In this document: positions 53,971 through 60,584 of the stretch, one piece after another
Numbering within the stretch: the first letter of the stretch is position 1
Layout of the letters: each line of letters opens with the position of its first letter
Assembly (NCBI GenBank): GCA_039801365.1
Contig: JBDRUN010000004.1
Coordinates: 1-60,584 of the forward strand
From: a candidate division WOR-3 bacterium
GTDB taxonomy: Bacteria; Hydrothermota; Tepidihabitantia; Tepidihabitantales; Tepidihabitantaceae
DNA length: 60,584 bases
Direction of reading: 5' to 3'
Notes under the pieces: generated by a model
What the model was told of the DNA's origin: nothing
What the model saw: only the letters and a program-made list of their open reading frames with translations
Database searches by the model: none
Program-made: the position numbers and the translations under genes

Positions 53971-54788
53971 GATTCTGGGAACGGCTTGCGAACGTTGACC
54001 GCAAGGTTCTGTATCTGCTTCTGGCTCTGGTCGTGGCCGTGCCGATTATCGTCCGGCCGAAAACCAGCATAAGGGTCTCCGAGCCGGTACGGGAGGCGTT
54101 TGGCGCGGTTGACCGGCTACCGGCCGGGTCGGTCGTAATGATTTCCATTGACTTCGACCCGTCATCGGCGCCTGAAGTCCAGCCGATGTTGGTGGCCCTC
54201 CTGCGTCATGCCTTCAAGAAAAATCTTAAGGTTATCGTGATGGGACAGCTTGCCCTGGGGCTGCCGCTAGCAGAAATTGCACTCGACCAGGTTGCGCCCG
54301 AAATGGGCAAGAAGTACGGCGACGACTACGTGAACTTCGGTTACCGGCCAGGATTCACCGCGATGATGGTTGGAATGGGGCGAGAAATACGAGACTATTT
54401 CCGAACCGACTACCGTAACGTACCGGTTGATTCATTCCCGTTCATGCGCCAGGTGCACAACTACGAGGATATCGCACTACTGGTGAGCCTGGCGCACGGT
54501 GGCGTTGCTGATGCCTGGATCCAGTACGTGGGCGGGCGGTTCAATCAGGCGATAATCGTGGGCTGCACCGGTGTGAATGCGCCGAATCTGTATCAGTACC
54601 TGCACTCAGGCCAGATAAAGGGACTAATCGGCGGATTGCAGGGTGCATCCGAGTATGAGACACTCGTTGAAAGGCCGGGTTCGGCCACGCTCGGCATGCC
54701 GGCCCAGTCTGCCGCGCACGGACTGATAATACTTCTCCTTGTCATCGGCAACATCGGCTACCTGCTGTCAAGGAAAAGGAAGGCGTGA
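53967..54788 (+). CDS. bitopic membrane protein with a ~230-aa soluble domain between N- and C-terminal TM anchors, uncharacterised
   Basis: TM YLLLALVVAVPIIV at the N-terminus and GLIILLLVIGNIGYLL at the C-terminus. Translationally coupled to the upstream gene. Confidence 0.7.
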   Translation: MRFWERLANVDRKVLYLLLALVVAVPIIVRPKTSIRVSEPVREAFGAVDRLPAGSVVMISIDFDPSSAPEVQPMLVALLRHAFKKNLKVIVMGQLALGLPLAEIALDQVAPEMGKKYGDDYVNFGYRPGFTAMMVGMGREIRDYFRTDYRNVPVDSFPFMRQVHNYEDIALLVSLAHGGVADAWIQYVGGRFNQAIIVGCTGVNAPNLYQYLHSGQIKGLIGGLQGASEYETLVERPGSATLGMPAQSAAHGLIILLLVIGNIGYLLSRKRKA

Positions 54789-54813
54789 CCCTCGCTCCAT
54801 TGAGCACCACCAT

Positions 54814-55440
54814 ATGCTACTGAATATCATCGGCACCTGGATCGCGGCCACACTCACGCTAGCGATTCTTTCCTTTCTGTATCGGGACAATCCGTTCTAC
54901 AAAGTCGCGGAGCACATCTACGTCGGCACTTCGGCCGGCTTCGCGGTAATCTATGCGTGGGCATTCGACGTGTACCCGATGCTTGTAGATGCATTCCGAA
55001 ACAATCTGGCCGAGCACAACTACTGGGAGGCGTGGATTCTCGTCGTGCCGACAATTCTGGGAATAATGATGCTCTGCCGGTCAATCCCAAAGATTGCCTG
55101 GATTTCGCGCTGGCCGATTTCGTTCACCGTCGGAATTGGATCCGGACTTGGGCTGGTCGCCGCCGTCCAGGGGTATCTTCTGCCCCAGATTTCCGACACT
55201 CTCCGGCCGCTTATCACGGTCAACAACTTCGTGGTCTATATTGGAGTAATCGCGACGCTATTCTACTTCTATTTCTCTAAAGAGCACAAAGGTGCCTTAG
55301 GTGTTTTGTCACGGGTCGGCATCATCTTCATCATGGTTGCGTTCGGAGCATCGTTCGGGTACACGGTCATGGCTCGTGTCTCGCTCCTGATCGGCCGGTT
55401 CTATTTTCTGCTCCACGACTGGCTGCACGTAATACGCTGA
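54814..55440 (+). CDS. six-TM membrane protein, uncharacterised (layout similar to 53269..53970)
   Basis: Start placed at MLLNIIGTWIAATLTLAILSF because the upstream extension from 54739 is non-membrane and Cys/Ser-rich. Six hydrophobic helices. Confidence 0.6.
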   Translation: MLLNIIGTWIAATLTLAILSFLYRDNPFYKVAEHIYVGTSAGFAVIYAWAFDVYPMLVDAFRNNLAEHNYWEAWILVVPTILGIMMLCRSIPKIAWISRWPISFTVGIGSGLGLVAAVQGYLLPQISDTLRPLITVNNFVVYIGVIATLFYFYFSKEHKGALGVLSRVGIIFIMVAFGASFGYTVMARVSLLIGRFYFLLHDWLHVIR

Positions 55441-55467
55441 ACGCCCAACCAGAGCGACATTGGCGCA

Positions 55468-55935
55468 ATGGAAGGTTTGATTACCGCTGCTCTCATCCGG
55501 CCCATGACCGAGGAAGACCTTGATGACGTCGAGAAGCTGGAGCAGGCAACATTTGTCGAGCCCTGGAGTCAGGCCTGTTTCCGACAGGACTTGCACCGAC
55601 CCCACAGCCTGGCATTGGTCGCAGTGAAAGATGGGCGTCTGGCCGGTTATGCGGTTGCCTGGGCTGAGGAGGAGCTGCACGTAGCGAATATCGCGGTCGA
55701 GCCGGCATTCCGACGTCTAGGTATAGGCCGGGCGCTCATGCAACAGTTGGAGACATTTGGCCGGAGACGCGGTGTAAAGTCCGTTTATCTGGAGGTCAGA
55801 CAGTCAAACACCGAGGCACAGGCTTTCTATCGGCGGCTCGGGTTTGTCCAGACCTACGTGCGTCGGGGTTACTACTCGAACGGTGAGGACGCGGTGGTGA
55901 TGGAGAAAGATATTGCAGCGGGACAGGGTCAATAG
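55468..55935 (+). CDS. rimI: ribosomal-protein-alanine N-acetyltransferase
   Basis: GNAT fold with the acetyl-CoA motif RRLGIGRALM, LEVRQSN..A..FY...GF and the RimI-typical ending YY.NGEDA.(V/I)M. Confidence 0.85.
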   Translation: MEGLITAALIRPMTEEDLDDVEKLEQATFVEPWSQACFRQDLHRPHSLALVAVKDGRLAGYAVAWAEEELHVANIAVEPAFRRLGIGRALMQQLETFGRRRGVKSVYLEVRQSNTEAQAFYRRLGFVQTYVRRGYYSNGEDAVVMEKDIAAGQGQ

Positions 55936-55950
55936 GCCTAATTGGGCCTG

Positions 55951-56469
55951 CTAGACATAGCGGTCGTAGCAGACAATTTCCGAAATGGGCTTGCGCGGCC
56001 GGGGCCTGGGCTCACTGGCCGGGTAGCCCAGCGGAGTCAAGGCGATCGGCTTCACATCTTCGGGTATCGCGAGCACTCTTCTGACTTCTGCTTCAATGAA
56101 TGCACCAATCCAGCACGTGCCAAGCCCCTCGGCCGCAGCCGCAAGGATCATGTGCTCTAGCGCAATTGTTACGTCTACTGCGGCCGCACTCCAATATCCG
56201 CCCATGCCGTGCCAAGCTTCCTGTTCAAGCGCACACCCGCAGATGACAACCGGCGCTTCACCGACAAACTGCTGGCCGCGGCAGGCTGGCACCAGTTCCT
56301 GCCTGACCTTCGGGTCTCGGACAACGATGAACTTCCAAGGCTGAATGTTCTTTGCCGAGGGAGCAAGGCGGCCGGCTTCAAGGATGCGGGTCAGCACTTC
56401 TTCCGGGACCGGGTCAGGTTTGTAGCCGCGGACACTCAGACGGTGACGGACGACCTCATAGAAATCCAT
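55951..56469 (-). CDS. nitroreductase-family protein
   Basis: RLSVRGYKPDPVPEEVLTRILEAGRLAPSAKNIQPWKFIVV is the classic nitroreductase N-terminus. GGAGG lies 4 nt before ATG 56469. Confidence 0.85.
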   Translation of the reverse strand: MDFYEVVRHRLSVRGYKPDPVPEEVLTRILEAGRLAPSAKNIQPWKFIVVRDPKVRQELVPACRGQQFVGEAPVVICGCALEQEAWHGMGGYWSAAAVDVTIALEHMILAAAAEGLGTCWIGAFIEAEVRRVLAIPEDVKPIALTPLGYPASEPRPRPRKPISEIVCYDRYV

Positions 56470-56515
56470 CACACCTCCAGCACGGTAGATTCAATGGTTC
56501 CTGCAAGACAGGAAA

Positions 56516-56589
56516 AGCGCCCGACGCGAGTTGAACGCGTGGCCTGCAGATCCGGAGTCTGCCGCTCTATCCATCTGAGCTACGGGCGC
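56516..56589 (-). tRNA. tRNA-Arg (anticodon CCG)
   Basis: Hand-folded cloverleaf: 7-bp acceptor GCGCCCG/CGGGCGC, D-stem GCUC/GAGC, anticodon stem GCAGA/UCUGC with loop CUCCGGA, 5-nt variable loop, T-arm ACGCG-UUCAACU-CGCGU. No encoded CCA. Confidence 0.9.
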
Positions 56590-56646
56590 CAGGGCCAGAA
56601 TCTAACCGAGCAGCCGGCGGAAGTCAAGCCGAGCCAAGTATGACCA

Positions 56647-56676
56647 TTGACATGAGGCAACTGCCAGCAGTAAGAT
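56647..56676 (+). promoter_or_regulatory. sigma70-like promoter abutting the methyltransferase gene
   Basis: TTGACA, 18-nt spacer, TAAGAT, then 9 nt to the ATG at 56686. No SD. Confidence 0.45.
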
Positions 56677-56685
56677 GCGAGAACG

Positions 56686-57360
56686 ATGAGCCCGCAATCA
56701 CCGTTCGACGAACTCGCTGAGCGGTACGATGCCTGGTACGACACCAAAGGCAAAACGGCGTTTGAGACTGAGCTTGCCGCACTCCGACCGCTTCTGCCCG
56801 CATTGCCCAAGCCCTGGCTTGAGGTCGGATGCGGCAGCGGCCGGTTCGCCCAGGCGCTTGGAATCCCGCTTGGCATTGACCCGTCGGTCGCCTTGTTGGC
56901 CAAGGCGAAAGAGCGTGGTATCGAGGTGCTGCACGGCGAGGGCGAAAAGATGCCGTTTCGGGCCGCGAGCTTTGGCACGGTCTTTCTACTGACGACTTGG
57001 GAGTTCCTTACTGAGCCGGCAAGGGTCCTTGCCGAGTGCCGACGCATTCTCAGACCTTGCGGTCGGCTGGTCAATGGCTATCTTGACCGTGATGGCAAGT
57101 GGGCAGCGAGCTATGTTGAGAAGGCCAAGGCAGGACACCCACTCTTCACCCATGCACGGTTCTGGACTCTCCCCGAAGTTGCAAAGGTCACAAGGGAGGC
57201 AGGCTTTCGGATTGTCAGAGTTGTCTCGACGCTGTTTGTCGGACCGGGCGAGCCCCTAGTAGTGGAAGAGCCGCGGTCTGGATATGTCCGAGGCGCCAGC
57301 TTCATTGTCATGGTTGCCACTACTCGTTTGTCAGAAATAGAAGAATCCAGGAGGATGTAA
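56686..57360 (+). CDS. class I SAM-dependent methyltransferase
   Basis: Motif I LEVGCGSGRF and the post-I acidic region. Methyltransf_11-like length and pattern. Confidence 0.85.
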   Translation: MSPQSPFDELAERYDAWYDTKGKTAFETELAALRPLLPALPKPWLEVGCGSGRFAQALGIPLGIDPSVALLAKAKERGIEVLHGEGEKMPFRAASFGTVFLLTTWEFLTEPARVLAECRRILRPCGRLVNGYLDRDGKWAASYVEKAKAGHPLFTHARFWTLPEVAKVTREAGFRIVRVVSTLFVGPGEPLVVEEPRSGYVRGASFIVMVATTRLSEIEESRRM

Positions 57361-57403
57361 GTTCCAGTGGGTCAACATGTTTGATAGCAACATGCCGGTT
57401 TCC

Positions 57404-57431
57404 TTGACTTCGGTGCCATGCAGCCTAGACT
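57404..57431 (+). promoter_or_regulatory. sigma70-like promoter abutting the first GWxTD gene
   Basis: TTGACT, 16-nt spacer, TAGACT, then 9 nt to the ATG at 57441. No SD. Confidence 0.45.
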
Positions 57432-57440
57432 ATACTTTCG

Positions 57441-58640
57441 ATGGCTCTGACTGTCGTTCTTATCATCGGCTCACTTCAAGTGCTAGGAAACCTCAAGCTC
57501 TCGCTTGACATGGCGCAATACCCGAGGCCAGACAGCGGAACAGACCTTGAGCTATCCTACGAAATTCCGCTAACTTCGCTTGTGTTCCTTAGGTACAATG
57601 ACAGCTTTGCCGCCCGATTCGACATCGCGGTTCAGTTGCTGGATCAAGCCGGTAACCCACTGGCGGGAGACATATGGCAGCTAATCGCCAAGGTACCGGA
57701 GTACGACTACACGGTTGAACGCGACTCGACTATTGCCGGTACCGTCAGTATCATGGTGCCGGCCGGAGCGACCCGGTGCCGTGTACAGGTCTCTGACTAC
57801 TCCAGTGATCGCGTGGCCAGCACGGTGTTCGAACTTGAAGCCATTGGGTCGAAACTTCTGGTCCGACTACTCCGGGCAGGTCGTCCTAACCCGACCCGGA
57901 CATACCGTCTCGGAGATACACTCGAGGCTCTGGCTCAACTGGTCGCACCAAGCACGCGGGCTGACAGCTTCCGATTCCTTATCAGGAACGGTAGTAACAA
58001 AGTTGTAACCGCTGCGACCCTTGTTCCAGACTCGCAGGTTGACCCCGACCAAGCGGTGAACAGGTACTCGAACGCACGCTATCGGATCGCACTGACTGAC
58101 TCGGCCGGAAAGACACGAATGCCGGGCGGAACCTATAGCCTGGAAGCAACTGCGTTCGGTCCGCACGCCCAGACCAATGCGAGCCGGATCGATTTCCGGA
58201 TTGACGCGCCGTTCTATCTTGACGACCAAGCCTACCGGCAGAAGGTCGAAGAACTTGTGTATATTGCAACGGCCGCGGAGATGGCTGAGCTGAAGCGTAG
58301 GCCGCGCGAAGAACGCGAGCAGGCTTGGAACGATTTCTGGAAGAAGAAAGACCCGACTCCGACCACGGCCAGAAACGAAAGGGAAGAAGAATACTTCGCG
58401 CGCATTGACTACGCTAAAGAACACTTTGGTGGCGCGGACCGAGGATTCAAGAGCGACCGCGGCCGGGTGTACGTCCGGTACGGCCCGCCGGACAACATTG
58501 ACTCGCGGCCTTTCGAACTGGATGTCCGAGCAAGTGAAACCTGGTACTACTACGACTTGGGACTTGAATTCCTGTTTGTCGACCGATATGGTTTCGGCGA
58601 GTACGTGCTTACCAACCCTGGAGCCCTGAATGATAATTAG
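57441..58640 (+). CDS. GWxTD-domain family protein
   Basis: C-terminal W(N/K)DFW...Y..RI.YA...F......SDRGRVYVRYGPPDNID...ETWYY pattern of the GWxTD domain, with the GW position degenerate (GFKSD). Confidence 0.7.
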   Translation: MALTVVLIIGSLQVLGNLKLSLDMAQYPRPDSGTDLELSYEIPLTSLVFLRYNDSFAARFDIAVQLLDQAGNPLAGDIWQLIAKVPEYDYTVERDSTIAGTVSIMVPAGATRCRVQVSDYSSDRVASTVFELEAIGSKLLVRLLRAGRPNPTRTYRLGDTLEALAQLVAPSTRADSFRFLIRNGSNKVVTAATLVPDSQVDPDQAVNRYSNARYRIALTDSAGKTRMPGGTYSLEATAFGPHAQTNASRIDFRIDAPFYLDDQAYRQKVEELVYIATAAEMAELKRRPREEREQAWNDFWKKKDPTPTTARNEREEEYFARIDYAKEHFGGADRGFKSDRGRVYVRYGPPDNIDSRPFELDVRASETWYYYDLGLEFLFVDRYGFGEYVLTNPGALNDN

Positions 58641-60027
58641 TACTCTCCTCTGGATGACACTGTGCGCACTAGGCACGCCATCTCTCGCATCAGACGCTTT
58701 GCGTCCGAGCGCCGAGCCCGCGGCCGGCCTGGATGCCGGTGAACGGCCGGACTGGTTCAGCGTTGACTGGGCGGCATTCAAGGGCAACGAGGACTCGACC
58801 AGGGTGGAATTCTCTTATGCGATTCCCTACGACCGCCTCAACTACGAGGCAGGTGACACAGGGCTTGTCGCCCGGTTCAGCATCCGGTTTGAGTCAAAGG
58901 GAGATCGCGGGTATCGCCAAGACGCGGTCATCTTCAAACAGGCCCGGCTCGGTTCATTCAGCGAGGCCAGAGAAACCCAACGGACTTTCGTTGATATGTT
59001 CAGTGTGTCCATGCTACCCGGCCGGTACTGGTTCCGGATGACGGTGGCAAAGCCGGCCGAAGTGCAGTCAGACACGAGCGGTGAGACCACGGATTACACT
59101 GAAGCGTGTAGTGTCGAAGACAGCATTGATGTACCGGACTTCAAGTATGGTTTTGCGCTAAGCTCGTTGCAGCTTGCGGCCGGGGTGGTGTTCGATACGG
59201 TGAGTGGCGGTTTCTCGGTGATTCCCAATCCGACGCGGCGGTACGGTACCCCAGGTTTGGACCGGGTTTATTTCTATTACGAGGGCTACGGACTCGACCC
59301 GGCACAAGACAGCTACGAGGTCCGAGTCAGCATACGGCGCCCCAGCGGTAGTTCAAATGAACATAAGACTAACTTCGCCGAGCAAACAATCGTAAAGCAT
59401 AAATCCGGTGCCCGAGTTTCTTCAGCACTCGGAGTGAGTGTAGAAGGGCTAACGGCCGGCGAGTATGTACTTGCGGTCGAACTGTACGACCGAGGTCGCA
59501 AGGAAAGCCGCACACAAGAAGAAGTTTTCTGGGTCGGCAGTCCAGCCGAGGCAGCCAGGCCAACAACACCGTACCGGCTGCAAATGAGTGAACTAGAGAA
59601 ACAGTACTACCGTAAGCTTTCTTACATTGCAACGCCGCGCGAGCTTAGTTACTACAACGCACTTTCCGACTCGGGCAAAGAGGCGTATCTTGCCTGGTTC
59701 TGGGCCAGACATAACCTGGCTGAATTCGCTCGGAGAATGGATACCGCGGCCAGGAAGTTCAGAACATCGAGGACATCGGGCATTGATACCGACCGGGGCC
59801 GCATCTACGTAAAGTATGGCGAGCCGGACGAGGTCGAGCGCCGGGTTCTAGAGGTAGACCGCAAGCCTCGTGAGTACTGGCGCTACTACGGTGTCGGCTA
59901 TGTGTTCGTATTCATTGACCTTACCGGGGATGATAACTTCAGACTGGCATACACCACAAGCCCGGACGAGCCCAAGACCGGCTACGAGAATCTTCTGACA
60001 CCGGACGAAGAGGAGCTGTTTAGATAG
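58630..60027 (+). CDS. GWxTD-domain family protein (paralogue)
   Basis: Signal peptide, with 11-nt overlap with the upstream paralogue. C-terminal AYLAWFW...TDRGRIYVKYGEPDEVE...EYWRY. Confidence 0.7.
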   Translation: MIISTLLWMTLCALGTPSLASDALRPSAEPAAGLDAGERPDWFSVDWAAFKGNEDSTRVEFSYAIPYDRLNYEAGDTGLVARFSIRFESKGDRGYRQDAVIFKQARLGSFSEARETQRTFVDMFSVSMLPGRYWFRMTVAKPAEVQSDTSGETTDYTEACSVEDSIDVPDFKYGFALSSLQLAAGVVFDTVSGGFSVIPNPTRRYGTPGLDRVYFYYEGYGLDPAQDSYEVRVSIRRPSGSSNEHKTNFAEQTIVKHKSGARVSSALGVSVEGLTAGEYVLAVELYDRGRKESRTQEEVFWVGSPAEAARPTTPYRLQMSELEKQYYRKLSYIATPRELSYYNALSDSGKEAYLAWFWARHNLAEFARRMDTAARKFRTSRTSGIDTDRGRIYVKYGEPDEVERRVLEVDRKPREYWRYYGVGYVFVFIDLTGDDNFRLAYTTSPDEPKTGYENLLTPDEEELFR

Positions 60028-60032
60028 GTCAA

Positions 60033-60584
60033 ATGACGAATGACCCGCGGCCAATGACTGGGAACCAGAGAGTGCAGGGCGAAGGTCCAGAACCGGAGTC
60101 AGTAGTGGTCGAGCTGCATCCGTTCAAGTCTGAGGTGTGCGTTGTGGCAAGGGGCGTAGTGGTTACGGCCGGGGACCAGGTGATAATCCGAGACGAAGAG
60201 GGTGAGGACCTTGGTCGCGTGGTCGGTCCGACCGAGTGTAATGAGGGGAAGGGTATCGTACTCCGCAAAGCGACCGCGGAAGACCTCGCGAGTCGGGCTG
60301 AACTTGACCTCAAGACCAGCCGTGTACTCAGCCTGTTCTGTCGGCAGAAGGACGAGTTCGGGCTGGCAATGAAGGTAGTTGACGCCCACTGGCGTTGGGA
60401 TAGAAAGAAGGTATGCTTCTACTTTGTCTCGGACCAGCGGCTCGACTTCCGGGCATTGCACAAAGTGATATCATCAGCGCTGAACATCAGGGTGGCGATA
60501 AAACAGATCGGCGTCCGGGACCACGCCCGCATGGTAGGGGGACTTGGGCACTGTGGCCGGGAGCTGTGCTGCCGGAGTTTCATG
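60033..60584 (+). CDS. PSP1-domain protein (RicT/YaaT-like), 3'-truncated by the window end
   Basis: My own translation gives ...KVCFYFVSDQRLDFRALHKVISSALNIRVAIKQIGVRDHARMVGGLGHCGRELCCRSFM, the PSP1 C-terminal signature. Absent from the ORF track because no stop is reached. Confidence 0.8.
   Translation, partial: MTNDPRPMTGNQRVQGEGPEPESVVVELHPFKSEVCVVARGVVVTAGDQVIIRDEEGEDLGRVVGPTECNEGKGIVLRKATAEDLASRAELDLKTSRVLSLFCRQKDEFGLAMKVVDAHWRWDRKKVCFYFVSDQRLDFRALHKVISSALNIRVAIKQIGVRDHARMVGGLGHCGRELCCRSFM

Noticed and set aside
1-60584. CRISPR arrays, rRNA genes, integrases, reverse transcriptases (retron/DGR) and cas operons
   Set aside because: I looked through every gap longer than 150 nt and the ORF list. 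There are no regularly spaced direct repeats, no rRNA-like sequence and no RT, integrase or Cas signature apart from the solitary Cas4-like protein.

Overview
GC-rich 60.6-kb bacterial chromosomal window. It probably comes from an uncultured T9SS-using (FCB-group-like) lineage, because five predicted secreted proteins end in Por/T9SS type-A C-terminal sorting domains. Content in order: (i) 0.2-1.2 kb: a lower-GC stretch with an orphan ORF and an HhH-type gene split by one in-frame TAA. (ii) 1.2-9.3 kb: a complete Pho cluster on the minus strand (phoB | porin-pstS-pstC-pstA-pstB-phoU-phoR) with TTCACA-N5-TTGACW Pho-box-like repeats. (iii) 9.3-12.3 kb: an Rrf2 regulator / FeS protein / hybrid-cluster-protein operon. 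(iv) 12.3-23.7 kb: an accessory-looking stretch. It holds an IS1182-like element with inverted repeats, a PQQ-like beta-propeller gene whose SD-led signal peptide is out of frame, an RHH-MazF toxin-antitoxin pair plus a 296-aa orphan, T9SS cargo, an M19 dipeptidase, a 476-nt structured non-coding gap, an XRE-family protein and a DUF4258/DUF2283 pair. (v) 23.6-26.9 kb: a TonB-dependent receptor with a ~650-nt structured leader and a YHS-domain partner. (vi) Housekeeping genes: kbl, deoC, topA, murJ, surE, rimI, tRNA-Arg(CCG), and a PSP1/RicT fragment at the right edge. (vii) A Cas4-like Fe-S nuclease-fold protein with an inserted transmembrane hairpin. (viii) Two separate modules of a large GT-C-type membrane protein plus a Ycf48/BNR-like beta-propeller. 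(ix) A block of large secreted proteins, including a tail-fibre-like repeat protein. (x) An uncharacterised four-gene membrane-protein operon (52.1-55.4 kb) next to a transposase relic; this is my best candidate for a previously undescribed system. (xi) Tandem GWxTD-domain paralogues. A recurrent signal is a canonical TTGACA-N16-18-TAnnnT promoter placed only 6-16 nt before the start codon of operon-first genes, implying leaderless or near-leaderless mRNAs, whereas internal genes carry GGAGG-type SD sites. No rRNA, CRISPR array or cas operon was seen. All homology calls rest on motif recognition by eye, not on database searches.
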